Shown piece after piece: positions 31,396-43,113 of a stretch of DNA of 64,000 bases. The notes under the pieces were generated by a model. That model was not told the origin of the DNA. It did no database searches and was given only the letters and a program-made list of their open reading frames with translations. Made by a program: the position numbers and the translations under genes. The stretch is from Escherichia coli (GTDB lineage Bacteria; Pseudomonadota; Gammaproteobacteria; Enterobacterales; Enterobacteriaceae), in the NCBI RefSeq assembly GCF_003018235.1, contig NZ_CP027439.1; one strand, 5' to 3'. Within the stretch, counting starts at the first letter, position 1. Each line of letters begins with the position of its first letter.

Positions 31396-31907
31396 ATGTT
31401 CTTTAAAAATCAGGATTTATTTCAGCCTCCGGCAATACGCATTTATTTGTTCTGTCAGTCATCCGGCTGACAGGTAATGAGAACGCAGGAACAGAAGGAG
31501 GAAAACACCGGAAAGCGTCAGATGCAGATATGAAAAAAGCAGGTCAGGGACCTGCTTAATCCATGCCGCAGAGACTGCACGAACAGTTTTTGCGGCTCCA
31601 GTCAATCGTCATAAGAGGCTAAATTATGACAATAAGTATTGTTTCACCTTCCGCAGCGGCTGTAAAGCCCCGCCGTCATCCCCGTTTCAGACGCGAAGAC
31701 ATCCCCGCGCCGGAAATTGACCCCGTGCTGAAAGCCTTCGGGCGACACATAGCCCGGAGTTTTCACCGGGGGCGTGGTGCACACATCCCCGCCATGAAAA
31801 ACACGGCCTTCGGGCAGGTGCTCCGCACACTCGAACTGAAACGCGCTTTTAACTGATGAGGTGAGCCGCCCCGCGAGGGGCGGCAACAGACGGAAGGAGA
31901 ACATTTT

Positions 31908-33269
31908 ATGACATTAGCAGCAATCACCATGACCGCCCCGGAAGCCGCCAGCCCTGTGCAGATGTACCGCGCGACCTACTCACCGGATGACAACAAACTG
32001 CGCCTGTATGCCGCGTCACGTCTTGACCCGGAGACGTATAAGAAAGTCCATGATGCCGGTTTCCGCTGGGCACCAAAACAGGCGCTGTTTGTCGCGCCAG
32101 CTTGGACACCGGGCCGGGAAGATGTGCTCCTCTCACTTGCCGGAGAGATTGAGGATGAAGACAGCACACTCGCTGAACGTCAGGAAGCACGGGCGGAGCG
32201 GTTTACTGGATACAGCGGAAAGCGGGCCAGTGAATCCGCACAGGCACTTGATGAAGTGGAAAGACTGGCCGCGATGATCCCGCCCGGTCAGCCCATTCTT
32301 GTGGGGCATCACAGCGAACGCCGCGCCCGTCGTGATGCGCAGCGTATTGAAAACGGCATGAAACGTGCTGTGATGCTCTTTGAACGTGCAGAATACTGGG
32401 AAGAGCGGGCGCGCTCGGCACTGCTTCACGCGAAGTATAAAGAACGTCCGGACGTTCGCTGGCGTCGTATCAAAAAAATCGAAGCTGATTTGCGCAAGTC
32501 TGAAAAGACCATCGCGCAGTCGCAGAAATATCTGACGATGTGGCGGGCTGAATCGCTGGATCTGAATATGGCAAAACTCATCAGCAGTCATGACCATATC
32601 AGCGCCTGTTTCCCGCTGGATACGTATCCGCGCCCGGCAGAAAAAAGCCAGTATGAAGGAAGTCGCTCGTTATGGTCGGCCCTGGATGATGACATCATCA
32701 CCACGGAGCAGGCCCGTGAAATTGCGATCCGCTGTCATGAACGGCAGATTCAGCGTCAGCAACGCTGGGTTAACCACTATCAGAACCGCCTGATCTATGA
32801 GCGTGCCATGCTGGACGAAAGCGGCGGCGTGGTTACCCGGACACAGGATTTTGAGCCGGGCGGACAGGTTTTCAGCCGGGGTGAGTGGCTGACCATCATC
32901 CGCGTGAACAAAAGCAACGGGGCGGTGAGTTCAGTCACAACGCCAAATTACAGTTTTCTCGGGTACAGCGGCACGATGAAAGTGACGCCCGATCGCATCA
33001 CGGACTACAAAGCACCATCGGCAGAAGAGGCTGCCGTCGCCAGCCAGGCCGCGAAGCGTCCGCCGGTAGTCAACTATCCGGGGGAAGGTTTCCGGGAAAT
33101 GACAAAGGCACAGTGGGCCGCCCTGCCCCGGGACTGTAAGGCCGTGCGCAGTGTGGCAGAAGCAGAAGACCACGGGGCATACCGCTACCGCCGCACAATG
33201 GACAATAATTTCCGTCTGGTGAATGTGTATATCACCGACATGAAAATTACGGAAATCCCACAGAAATAA
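31908..33269 (+). CDS. Hypothetical leading-region protein
   Basis: 453-aa ORF with GGAAGGAG RBS, first gene after Frpo-like copy 1. Confidence 0.7.
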   Translation: MTLAAITMTAPEAASPVQMYRATYSPDDNKLRLYAASRLDPETYKKVHDAGFRWAPKQALFVAPAWTPGREDVLLSLAGEIEDEDSTLAERQEARAERFTGYSGKRASESAQALDEVERLAAMIPPGQPILVGHHSERRARRDAQRIENGMKRAVMLFERAEYWEERARSALLHAKYKERPDVRWRRIKKIEADLRKSEKTIAQSQKYLTMWRAESLDLNMAKLISSHDHISACFPLDTYPRPAEKSQYEGSRSLWSALDDDIITTEQAREIAIRCHERQIQRQQRWVNHYQNRLIYERAMLDESGGVVTRTQDFEPGGQVFSRGEWLTIIRVNKSNGAVSSVTTPNYSFLGYSGTMKVTPDRITDYKAPSAEEAAVASQAAKRPPVVNYPGEGFREMTKAQWAALPRDCKAVRSVAEAEDHGAYRYRRTMDNNFRLVNVYITDMKITEIPQK

Positions 33270-33315
33270 GGTATATCCCCCCGGGAAATCCCCGGGGGAT
33301 GACGGAGATAATGAC

Positions 33316-33879
33316 ATGCACAGTCAGTTAAAAGAACGTATCCGGCTGATGCGCGCAAGGCTGGATAACGCCGCGCCGGTTGCTGAAATCCGGGCTGAAT
33401 CTCAGCTTTTTGTGACTCCTGCCCCGGTCTGTGATCGCCTGGTGACGCTGGCGGAGATCAGCAACCGTGATCACATTCTGGAACCCTCTGCCGGCACCGG
33501 GGCCATACTGCGGGCGATTCGGGATACCGCGCCGGGGGCCATGTGTGATGCGGTGGAAATCAACAGCGGGCTGGTCCGGTATCTGCGGGAAAATTTTAAC
33601 GGTGTCAGGGTTCAGTGTGGCGACTTCATGGAATGGCAGCCGGTGCAGTATTACAGCCGGGTTATCATGAATCCGCCGTTCAGCCACGGGCAGGATATCC
33701 GGCATATCCTGCGGGCCTTTTCCCTGTTGCGTCCGGGTGGCGTGCTGGTTGCCGTCTGTCTGAACGGGCCGCGCCAGCAGGAGAAGCTGTTACCGTTTTC
33801 TGACGTCCGCGAGGAGCTGCCACGCGGCACGTTTGCTTATACCGATGTTCCGACGATGATTATTCGTCTGCGTGCCTGA
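33316..33879 (+). CDS. Orphan SAM-dependent DNA methyltransferase (N6-adenine type)
   Basis: SAM-binding EPSAGTGAIL and catalytic NPPF motif; no adjacent restriction enzyme. Confidence 0.75.
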   Translation: MHSQLKERIRLMRARLDNAAPVAEIRAESQLFVTPAPVCDRLVTLAEISNRDHILEPSAGTGAILRAIRDTAPGAMCDAVEINSGLVRYLRENFNGVRVQCGDFMEWQPVQYYSRVIMNPPFSHGQDIRHILRAFSLLRPGGVLVAVCLNGPRQQEKLLPFSDVREELPRGTFAYTDVPTMIIRLRA

Positions 33880-34060
33880 TGACTCCGGGCAGGCGGGAGG
33901 ACAAATGCCCGTCTGCCCGCGCCGGGAAAAGACCGCGCGCCGGTGGCGCTGAAAGGGGCCGCGCTCACGCGCCGCCCCTTACATTACGCGGACATTCTGC
34001 TGTGGGCTTCTGTCTTTTCAGACCTGTCATTTGTCTGTTACTGATGATGTTGTTGTTCCT

Positions 34061-34108
34061 GCTACTGCTACTGCTACTGCTACTGCTACTGCTACTGCTA
34101 CTGCTACT
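34061..34108. repeat. Hexanucleotide tandem repeat (GCTACT)x8
   Basis: Eight perfect tandem copies read directly, followed by a CT-rich tract. Confidence 0.9.
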
Positions 34109-34162
34109 GTTCTTCTTTTTTCTGCTGTTCTGATTACTGCCTGTTTTGTTGTTCTCCTGCTT

Positions 34163-34700
34163 ATGCCTTTTCCGGGCGTCCCCCTGGCGGGGCGGGCTGT
34201 CGTGAACGGAGCCAGCGAAGCTGTCTCCGCCCTGGCGGGCTTCCATCCCTGACGCGAAACCCCGGGCTTGCAGCGACCGTTCCGGTCGCGCCGCCTCTGT
34301 CGCGCCGTGGCCTGCGCTCCCGGCATCCCGGCAAAAGGCCGCCGGGATGTAAGGGGCAACGCCGTTTCGCAAACCGCGCTTCACGTCGTTGCGGCGGGTC
34401 CCTGTCCGTTGTTGTGTCCGGTGCCATTCACCTGTTTAAGCCCCTGTCGCCGGGGGCTGATACAGCCACAACCGTCTCCGCCAGTCCAGGGGTGAAATGT
34501 ACATCCCGCAAAACTTTTTGCCCAAAAGCAGGCAAAAACTTTTGCGGTCTGCCCCCGGACAGTCGTTTCCGGCCGTGGCAGTGATGCCCCTTGCGGCGAA
34601 GGTTCTCAAAAAGGTGATGGTGAATACCGGAGGGAACAAAAGGCAGGTCCCCGCAAAACGTCAAAACCGCGGCTCCCGAAACTCAAAAGATGATGGGGGC
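34163..34700 (+). repeat. Frpo/ssi-like leading-region repeat, copy 2
   Basis: Near-identical blocks to copy 1 (GCGTCCCCCTG...GGCAACGCCGTTTCGC) and copy 3. Confidence 0.75.
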
Positions 34701-34728
34701 TGAAAACATCAACAGAAGGAGGCACATC

Positions 34729-35558
<830 letters not shown>

Positions 35559-35621
35559 GAGAGGTGCCGGACGGGAACGCGTCCGGCAGACATACAACCA
35601 TCCCGGTCAAAGGAGAAATAT

Positions 35622-37580
35622 ATGTCAGTTACAGAGTCTAAGACAAAAACGGAGCGTAAATCCAGCCGTAAACCTGCAAAAACGCAGGAAACAGTCCTGT
35701 CTGCCCTGCTGGCGCAGACGGAGGAAGTGAGCGTGCCGCTGGCCTCACTGATTAAATCACCGCTGAATGTGCGCACGGTGCCGTATTCTGCGGAGTCCGT
35801 CAGCGAACTGGCGGACTCCATTAAAGGCGTCGGCCTGTTACAGAATCTGGTTGTTCATGCCCTGCCAGGTGACCGTTACGGTGTCGCCGCAGGTGGTCGC
35901 CGACTGGCTGCACTCAACATGCTGGCAGAGCGTGGCATCATTCCGGCTGACTGGCCTGTCCGTGTGAAGGTCATTCCGCAGGAGCTGGCGACGGCGGCAT
36001 CAATGACTGAAAACGGTCATCGTCGGGATATGCACCCTGCTGAACAGATTGCCGGATTCCGCGCAATGGCGCAGGAAGGCAAAACACCTGCACAAATCGG
36101 TGATTTGCTGGGCTATTCACCCCGCCATGTCCAGCGAATGCTGAAACTGGCAGATCTTGCGCCTGTCATCCTCGATGCGCTGGCAGAAGACCGCATCACC
36201 ACCGAACACTGTCAGGCGCTGGCACTGGAGAACGACACCGCGCGTCAGGTGCAGGTGTTTGAAGCCGCCTGCCAGTCAGGATGGGGTGGAAAACCGGAAG
36301 TGCAGACCATTCGTCGTCTGGTGACCGAAAGTGAAGTGGCGGTGGCGGGGAACAGTAAATTCCGCTTCGTGGGGGCTGATGCCTTCTCGCCAGATGAACT
36401 GCGCACCGATTTGTTCAGCGACGACGAGGGTGGCTATGTGGACTGTGTTGCGCTCGATGTCGCCCTGCTGGAAAAACTCCAGGCTGTCGCAGAGTTCCTT
36501 CGGGAAGCCGAAGGCTGGGAATGGTGCGCCGGACGTATGGAGCCTGTTGGTGAGTGCCGTGAGGATGCCGGAACATACCGCTGTCTGCCGGAGCCGGAAG
36601 CGGTGCTGACGGAGGCGGAAGAAGAACGCCTGAACGAACTGATGGCACGTTACGACGCGCCGGAAAACCAGAGTGAGGAATCCGACCTGCTGGAAGCCGA
36701 AATGAAGCTGATGCGCTGCATGGCGAAGGTCAGGGCGTGGACGCCGGAGATGCGTGCCGGAAGTGGCGTGGTGGTGTCCTGGCGTTATGGCAACGTGTGT
36801 GTCCAGCGTGGTGTGCAGTTGCGCAGTGAGGATGATGTGGCTGATAACGATTACCGCACGGAACAGGTGCAGGAGAAAGCCTCAGTGGAGGAAATCAGTC
36901 TGCCGCTGCTGACGAAAATGTCCTCAGAGCGCACGCTGGCAGTCCAGGCGGCACTGATGCAGCAATCAGACAAATCCCTGGCACTTCTGGCATGGACACT
37001 CTGTCTGAATGTATTTGGCAGTGGAGCGTACAGCAATCCCGCCAGAATCCGCCTGGAATGTGAGCATTATTCGCTGACCAGCGATGCGCCGTCAGGGAAG
37101 GAAGGTGCCGCATTCATGGCGATGATGGCAGAAAAAGCCCGTCTTGCCGCCCTGCTGCCGGATGGATGGGCACGGGATATGACGACGTTCCTGTCACTCA
37201 GTCAGGAGGTGCTGTTATCACTGCTCAGTTTCTGCACCGCGTGCAGTATCCACGGTGTCCAGACCCGTGAGTATGGTCACACGTCACGCAGTCCGCTGGA
37301 TTCGCTGGAAAGCGCCATCGGCTTTCACATGCGCGACTGGTGGCAGCCGACAAAAGCAAACTTCTTCGGACACCTGAAAAAGCCGCAGATTATCGCAGCC
37401 CTGAATGAGGCAGGACTGTCCGGTGCTGCACGGGACGCGGAGAAGATGAAGAAAGGCGATGCGGCTGAACATGCAGAGTTCCACATGAAAGACAACCGCT
37501 GGGTGCCTGGCTGGATGTGTGCACCACGCCCACAGACGGATGCCACTGAACGCACCGATAACCTGGCTGATGCCGCCTGA
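35622..37580 (+). CDS. ParB-like nuclease domain protein (F-type leading region)
   Basis: 652 aa; N-terminal ParB/Srx motif (SLIKSPLNVRTVPYS...GLLQNLVV...GGRRLAALNML). Confidence 0.8.
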   Translation: MSVTESKTKTERKSSRKPAKTQETVLSALLAQTEEVSVPLASLIKSPLNVRTVPYSAESVSELADSIKGVGLLQNLVVHALPGDRYGVAAGGRRLAALNMLAERGIIPADWPVRVKVIPQELATAASMTENGHRRDMHPAEQIAGFRAMAQEGKTPAQIGDLLGYSPRHVQRMLKLADLAPVILDALAEDRITTEHCQALALENDTARQVQVFEAACQSGWGGKPEVQTIRRLVTESEVAVAGNSKFRFVGADAFSPDELRTDLFSDDEGGYVDCVALDVALLEKLQAVAEFLREAEGWEWCAGRMEPVGECREDAGTYRCLPEPEAVLTEAEEERLNELMARYDAPENQSEESDLLEAEMKLMRCMAKVRAWTPEMRAGSGVVVSWRYGNVCVQRGVQLRSEDDVADNDYRTEQVQEKASVEEISLPLLTKMSSERTLAVQAALMQQSDKSLALLAWTLCLNVFGSGAYSNPARIRLECEHYSLTSDAPSGKEGAAFMAMMAEKARLAALLPDGWARDMTTFLSLSQEVLLSLLSFCTACSIHGVQTREYGHTSRSPLDSLESAIGFHMRDWWQPTKANFFGHLKKPQIIAALNEAGLSGAARDAEKMKKGDAAEHAEFHMKDNRWVPGWMCAPRPQTDATERTDNLADAA

Positions 37581-37634
37581 TGAACAACCACACCGCCCCG
37601 CCGGAGACGGGGCGGCAGCAAGGGAGATACCGTG

Positions 37635-38069
37635 ATGAAAACTGAACTGACCCTGAATGTATTACAGACCATGAACGCACAGGAATATGAAGATATCCGG
37701 GCTGCCGGAAGTGATGAACGCCGTGAGCTGACTCACGCCGTGATGCGGGAGCTGGATGCGCCGGATAACTGGACGATGAACGGCGAGTACGGCAGCGAGT
37801 TTGGCGGCTTTTTCCCCGTCCAGGTCCGTTTCACGCCTGCCCACGAACGTTTTCACCTGGCGTTATGTTCACCGGGCGATGTCTCTCAGGTCTGGGTGCT
37901 GGTTCTGGTGAATGCCGGTGGTGAGCCGTTTGCGGTGGTTCAGGTACAGCGGCGGTTTGCACCGGAAGCCGTCAGCCATTCACTGGCACTGGCGGCGTCA
38001 CTGGATACGCAGGGGTACAGCGTTAACGACATCATCCATATCCTGATGGCGGAAGGAGGTCAGGTATGA
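37635..38069 (+). CDS. psiB: Plasmid SOS inhibition protein B
   Basis: [40 protein letters not shown]... matches F PsiB. Confidence 0.95.
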   Translation: MKTELTLNVLQTMNAQEYEDIRAAGSDERRELTHAVMRELDAPDNWTMNGEYGSEFGGFFPVQVRFTPAHERFHLALCSPGDVSQVWVLVLVNAGGEPFAVVQVQRRFAPEAVSHSLALAASLDTQGYSVNDIIHILMAEGGQV

Positions 38070-38785
38070 GCGTACGTTCACAGGCACTGGTTCCCCTCAG
38101 CACAGAGCAACAGGCCGCATGGCGGGCGGTGGCGGAGACAGAAAAACGCCGCCATCAGGGTAACACGCTGGCGGAATATCCGTATGCGGGGGCGTTTTTC
38201 CGCTGTCTGAACGGAAGCCGCAGGATATCGCTGTCTGACCTGCGATTTTTCATGCCGTCCCTGACCGCAGAAGAACTGCACGGCAACCGTCTTCAGTGGC
38301 TGTATGCAGTCGATGTGCTGATTGAAACACAGGGCGAGGTCTGCCTCCTTCCCCTTCCCGGTGATGCAGCAGAGCGGTTGTTTCCGTCGGTGCGGTTTCG
38401 TGTCAGGGAGCGCAGTCGCCATAAATCCGCGCTGGTCATGCAGAAGTACAGCCGCCAGCAGGCACGGGAGGCAGAGCAGAAAGCCCGTGCGTACCAGGCG
38501 CTGGTCGCTCAGGCTGAAATCGAACTGGCATTCCATTCGCCGGAAACAGTCGGAAGCTGGCATGCACGCTGGAGTGACCGGGTGGCAGAGCATGACCTGG
38601 AAACCCTGTTCTGGCAGTGGGGCGAGCGTTTTCCGTCACTGGCCGGAATGGAACGCTGGCAGTGGCAGGATATGCCGTTCTGGCAGGTTATTGCGGAAGC
38701 CAGTCTTGCAGCAAGAGAGGCCGGTCACGCTGTCCGTGAGATGGAGCGGTGGATGGTGCCGAACAAACTCCGGGAGGCTGCGTGA
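38066..38785 (+). CDS. psiA: Plasmid SOS inhibition protein A
   Basis: 239 aa immediately after psiB with ATGA overlap; matches F PsiA. Confidence 0.9.
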   Translation: MSVRSQALVPLSTEQQAAWRAVAETEKRRHQGNTLAEYPYAGAFFRCLNGSRRISLSDLRFFMPSLTAEELHGNRLQWLYAVDVLIETQGEVCLLPLPGDAAERLFPSVRFRVRERSRHKSALVMQKYSRQQAREAEQKARAYQALVAQAEIELAFHSPETVGSWHARWSDRVAEHDLETLFWQWGERFPSLAGMERWQWQDMPFWQVIAEASLAAREAGHAVREMERWMVPNKLREAA

Positions 38786-39006
38786 TGCGGCAACAATCAC
38801 ACAGATTACCCGTAAACAGCCTGAATGAGCGGGTTATTTTCAGGAAAAGTGAGTGTGGTCAGCGTGCAGGGATATGGGCTATGATGTGCCCGGCGCTTGA
38901 GGCTTTCTGCCTCATGACGTGAAGGTGGTTTGTTGCCGTGTTGTGTGGCAGAAAGAAGATAGCCCCGTAGTAAGTTAATTTTCATTAACCACCACGAGGC
39001 ATCCCT

Positions 39007-39219
39007 ATGTCTAGTCCACATCAGGATAGCCTCTTACCGCGCTTTGCGCAAGGAGAAGAAGGCCATGAAACTACCACGAAGTTCCCTTGTCTGGTGTGTG
39101 TTGATCGTGTGTCTCACACTGTTGATATTCACTTATCTGACACGAAAATCGCTGTGCGAGATTCGTTACAGAGACGGACACAGGGAGGTGGCGGCTTTCA
39201 TGGCTTACGAATCCGGTAA
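39007..39219 (+). CDS. mok: Mok, overlapping leader reading frame of the hok/flm locus
   Basis: 70-aa frame overlapping hok in another frame, as in hok/sok-type loci. Confidence 0.6.
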   Translation: MSSPHQDSLLPRFAQGEEGHETTTKFPCLVCVDRVSHTVDIHLSDTKIAVRDSLQRRTQGGGGFHGLRIR

Positions 39220-39223
39220 GTAG
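39065..39223 (+). CDS. hok: Hok/FlmA-family type I toxin
   Basis: Manual translation [52 protein letters not shown] (52 aa); Sok antisense RNA expected on the opposite strand just upstream. Confidence 0.9.
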   Translation: MKLPRSSLVWCVLIVCLTLLIFTYLTRKSLCEIRYRDGHREVAAFMAYESGK

Positions 39224-39675
39224 CAACCTGGAGGCGGGCGCAGGCCCGCCTTTTCAGGACTGATGCTGGTCTGACTACTGAAGCGCCTTTATAAAGGGGC
39301 TGCTGGTTCGCTGGTAGCCCCTTTCTCCTTGCTGATGTTGTACGGGCATGAACAACCTGACTTCAGGAAGATCGTTTCCCTTCAGGAACGGGGATGAACG
39401 CGCGCCTGCGGCGCCCGTTCTTTTCCCCCGCCTTCTCTGGTTATGGCCTGTCAGAAATCACATCACCTTCCCTGTGATTATTCTCTTTTTCTTCCTGCTC
39501 TGATTCTGACTACTGCAGTGTTGTCCTGTCTGCTAGGCGCACCTTCGGCTCCCGGCTGCCTGGCGGCATCCGGTCGTCAGGCCCGACTCCGACAGGCAGC
39601 TGCTGGCGCACCTGCCAGTCTCCGCCGAACCCGCTGGCGCGGTTTCGGGCTGTCGCTACGGTCCGATGCGTGAAA

Positions 39676-40128
39676 ACCACAGGCTTGCAGCGACCGTTCC
39701 GGTCGCGCCGCCTCTGTCGCGCCGTAGCCTGCGCTCCCGGCATCCCGGCAAAAGGCCGCCGGGATGTAAGGGGCAACGCCGTTTCGCAAACCGCGCTTCA
39801 CGTCGTTGCGGCGGGTCCCTGCCCGTTGTTGTGTCCGGTGCCATTCACCTGTTTAAGCCCCTGTCGCCGGGGGCTGATACAGCCACAACCTGCCGCACTG
39901 ACTGTCCAGGGTAAATGAACAGCCCACAAAATTTTTTACCCAAAACCCGGTAAAAAATTTTGCGTTCTGCCCAGGACAGGTGCGTCAGGCCGTGGCAGTG
40001 ATGCCCCTTGCGGCGAAGGTTCTCAAACAGGTGATGGTTAATACCGGAGGGAACAAAAGGCAGGTCCCCGCAAAACGTCAAAACCGCGGCTCCCGAAACT
40101 CAACAGATGATGGGGGCTGAAAACCAGA
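39676..40128 (+). repeat. Frpo/ssi-like leading-region repeat, copy 3
   Basis: Shares the 3' block with copy 1 and the central block with copy 2. Confidence 0.75.
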
Positions 40129-40137
40129 GAAAGCAGG

Positions 40138-40425
40138 ATGAGTACCCGAAATATCCACGTTAACACCGCGTCGTACACGCTTCTTGTTGCCGGGAAGAAA
40201 AAAAACACCGGGGAAGAGTGGGACGTCCTGGAATTCAGCAGCCTGACTGAGCTGAAAAAATATCGCAAAAGCCACCCGGAAAAGATGGCCTTCAGCTATA
40301 GCTACGCGCTCAGCCAGGGTGTGGATACGCAGTTCCGCCATATCAACATTGCGGAAGCTGATCACTTCAAACAGTTCCTGCGTCAGATTAAGCGTGCCGG
40401 CCTCGATATCCGGGCGATCTGCTGA
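40138..40425 (+). CDS. Hypothetical leading-region protein
   Basis: 95-aa ORF immediately after Frpo-like copy 3. Confidence 0.6.
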   Translation: MSTRNIHVNTASYTLLVAGKKKNTGEEWDVLEFSSLTELKKYRKSHPEKMAFSYSYALSQGVDTQFRHINIAEADHFKQFLRQIKRAGLDIRAIC

Positions 40426-40542
40426 CCGGATGTGATGAATATCCCTCCTGATTGTTGCAATGTTGTTAATGGAGAACGGGGGGATGATATTAAGCGGAAA
40501 AATTTTTTATTAAATTTATTCTTTCATAAAGGAGTAGCTGTT

Positions 40543-41364
40543 ATGCGATTAGCTTCCCGTTTTGGTCGGTATAATTCCATCCGCCGTGAACGTCCTTTAA
40601 CGGATGATGAATTAATGCAGTTCGTGCCTTCGGTATTTTCCGGTGATAAACATGAGTCCCGGAGTGAACGTTATACGTATATTCCAACAATCAATATCAT
40701 CAATAAGTTACGTGATGAAGGTTTCCAGCCATTCTTTGCCTGTCAGAGTCGGGTTCGTGATTTGGGGCGTCGGGAATACAGTAAATATATGTTACGTCTT
40801 CGTAGGGAAGGGCATATTAACGGGCAGGAAGTTCCTGAAATTATCCTGCTTAATTCACATGATGGTTCATCCAGTTATCAGATGATCCCGGGAATTTTTC
40901 GTTTTGTCTGCACAAATGGCCTGGTGTGCGGAAATAATTTTGGCGAAATCCGCGTTCCACATAAAGGTGATATTGTCGGGCAGGTTATCGAGGGAGCGTA
41001 TGAAGTGCTCGGTGTCTTTGATAAGGTCACTGATAATATGGAGGCAATGAAAGAAATTCATCTTAACAGTGACGAGCAACATTTATTTGGCAGAGCTGCC
41101 CTGATGGTCAGGTATGAAGATGAAAATAAAACGCCGGTGACGCCTGAACAGATAATTACTCCCCGTCGTCGGGAGGATAAACAGAACGATCTCTGGACAA
41201 CCTGGCAGCGGGTTCAGGAGAATATGATAAAAGGTGGATTATCGGGGCGAAGTGCCTCCGGGAAAAATACCAGGACAAGAGCCATTACAGGTATTGATGG
41301 TGATATAAGAATCAACAAAGCATTATGGATGATTGCCGAACAGTTCAGGGAGTGGAAGTCATGA
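40543..41364 (+). CDS. DUF932-like plasmid protein
   Basis: 273 aa from MRLASRFGRYNS with AAAGGAG RBS; resembles DUF932 family. Confidence 0.6.
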   Translation: MRLASRFGRYNSIRRERPLTDDELMQFVPSVFSGDKHESRSERYTYIPTINIINKLRDEGFQPFFACQSRVRDLGRREYSKYMLRLRREGHINGQEVPEIILLNSHDGSSSYQMIPGIFRFVCTNGLVCGNNFGEIRVPHKGDIVGQVIEGAYEVLGVFDKVTDNMEAMKEIHLNSDEQHLFGRAALMVRYEDENKTPVTPEQIITPRRREDKQNDLWTTWQRVQENMIKGGLSGRSASGKNTRTRAITGIDGDIRINKALWMIAEQFREWKS

Positions 41365-41415
41365 TAATATAAGTAAAGCCCCGAAAAATTTTTCGGGGCT
41401 TTACTTATATTATCA
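41362..41415. terminator. 54-bp perfect palindrome, bidirectional terminator between convergent genes
   Basis: TGATAATATAAGTAAAGCCCCGAAAAATTTTTCGGGGCTTTACTTATATTATCA. Confidence 0.7.
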
Positions 41416-41660
41416 TCCTGCGGCATTGCTATGTCGTCTGATATGCCTCAATTTCATCAACTGGCTTTTCGGTAGTATGTAAATATTGTGCCCGCGAAAA
41501 ATGGTCTGGCAGGAGGCTGCGCAGTTACCGGATATATATAAGATGGGTTCCCGCTTTGCGGGGCTTCGGCCAGTCAGTATTGTCACTCATATGATATTTT
41601 TGTGTGTGGCCTTCCATGCCGCTTTTGCGGCATAACCGATATCTGACAATGTCTGTAAGA

Positions 41661-42170
41661 TTAATTGTTCTGCACGCTGTTAATTTCCGGAAGTGATTTC
41701 TTCGTGGTCGGAACCTGGATGCCTTTACTGCTCTTTATCCCGGTATAAATCCGGTAAACCTCTGATGCGTAGGCAAGACGTCTCTGGTTCTGGCGTTCGG
41801 TCTTCCTGAATCCAGCATTGTATGCACCAACGGCCTCCCAGGAGACGCCCCATTTTTTAAAGGCTATTGCCAGATAATAAGCACCGGTATAAATGTTCAT
41901 GCAGGGATCTGTTGTCAGATGTTCCGGCTTAATTCCATAGCGGGCCAGTTCGTTAAAATGCTGGGAATCTACCTGCATCAGTCCGCTGCCATATCCCGTT
42001 ACCGGATTAATACCGATGGCATTAACCCGGTAACGGGATTCTTTCCATGATATTGCTCTCAGTAAATCAGGATCTATTTTGTAATCCCGGCCTGCAAGAT
42101 CAAAGCAATCAGTGGCATGGCAGATCTCATTTATAAACATCAGGCAGATGGCTAACATCCATTTTTTCAT
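41661..42170 (-). CDS. Lytic transglycosylase (F orf169 / gene X type)
   Basis: 169 aa from [12 protein letters not shown] (signal peptide) with Slt-domain motifs; location next to oriT as in F. Confidence 0.85.
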   Translation of the reverse strand: MKKWMLAICLMFINEICHATDCFDLAGRDYKIDPDLLRAISWKESRYRVNAIGINPVTGYGSGLMQVDSQHFNELARYGIKPEHLTTDPCMNIYTGAYYLAIAFKKWGVSWEAVGAYNAGFRKTERQNQRRLAYASEVYRIYTGIKSSKGIQVPTTKKSLPEINSVQNN

Positions 42171-42199
42171 TTTTCCACCTCTGGTGACTTTATCCGTAA

Positions 42200-42540
42200 A
42201 TAATTTAACCCACTCCACAAAAAGGCTCAACAGGTTGGTGGTTCTCACCACCAAAAGCACCACACCCCACGCAAAAACAAGTTTTTGCTGATTTTTCTTT
42301 ATAAATAGAGAGTTATGAAAAATTAGTTTCTCTTACTCTCTTTATGATATTTAAAAAAGCGGTGGTACTGACTATTTTTATAAAAAACATTATTTTATAT
42401 TAGGGGCGCTGCTAGCGGCGCGGTGTGTTTTTTTATAGGATAACGCCAGGGGCGCTGCTAGCGGTGCGTCCCTGTTTGCATTATGAATTTTAGTGTTTCG
42501 AAATTAACTTTATTTTATGTTCAAAAAAGGTAATCTCTAA
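42200..42540 (-). other. oriT: Origin of transfer (oriT), F-type
   Basis: Minus strand carries the F nic-region sequence (GGTGTGGTGCTTTTGGTGGTGAGAACCACC...); direct repeats GGGGCGCTGCTAGCGG upstream of traM. Confidence 0.8.
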
Positions 42541-42923
42541 TGGCTAAGGTGAACCTGTATATCAGCAATGATGCTTATGAAAAAATAAATGCGATTATTG
42601 AGAAGCGTCGACAGGAAGGGGCAAGGGAAAAAGATATCAGTTTTTCAGCAACAGCTTCAATGCTTCTTGAACTGGGGCTTCGTGTACATGAGGCTCAGAT
42701 GGAGCGTAAAGAGTCTGCATTTAATCAGACTGAGTTTAATAAATTGCTTCTTGAATGCGTTGTAAAAACACAATCATCAGTAGCGAAAATTTTGGGTATT
42801 GAGTCTCTCAGTCCTCATGTCTCCGGAAATCCAAAGTTTGAATATGCCAATATGGTTGAAGATATCAGGGAGAAGGTATCATCTGAGATGGAGCGATTTT
42901 TTCCAAAAAATGATGATGAATAA
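42540..42923 (+). CDS. traM: Relaxosome protein TraM
   Basis: 127 aa, near-identical to F TraM (MAKVNLYISNDAYEKINAIIEKRRQEGAREKD...). Confidence 0.95.
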   Translation: MAKVNLYISNDAYEKINAIIEKRRQEGAREKDISFSATASMLLELGLRVHEAQMERKESAFNQTEFNKLLLECVVKTQSSVAKILGIESLSPHVSGNPKFEYANMVEDIREKVSSEMERFFPKNDDE

Positions 42924-43034
42924 AAGAAATTTGACTTCGTTCAAATATCAGAGTTTTTATGATTTAAAAGGGTGACAGTACGAAAGATAATTAGTATATT
43001 AATTACGTGGTTAATGCCACGTTAAAATTTGAAT

Positions 43035-43113
43035 TTGAAAATCGCCGATGCAGGGAGTTCACGTCTCCCTGCATCGACTGTCCATAGAATCCTTTGTGAG
43101 GAGGTTCCTATGT
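43035..43113 (-). ncRNA. finP: FinP antisense RNA (approximate coordinates)
   Basis: Stable hairpin GATGCAGGGAG-N8-CTCCCTGCATC in the traJ leader; position matches F finP; ends not determinable. Confidence 0.4.

Noticed and set aside
33965-34664. ORFs over the (GCTACT)x8 repeat and Frpo-like copy 2 (e.g. 33965..34384 minus with a poly-Ser run)
   Set aside because: The homopolymeric translation comes from the hexanucleotide repeat inside a non-coding repeat element.
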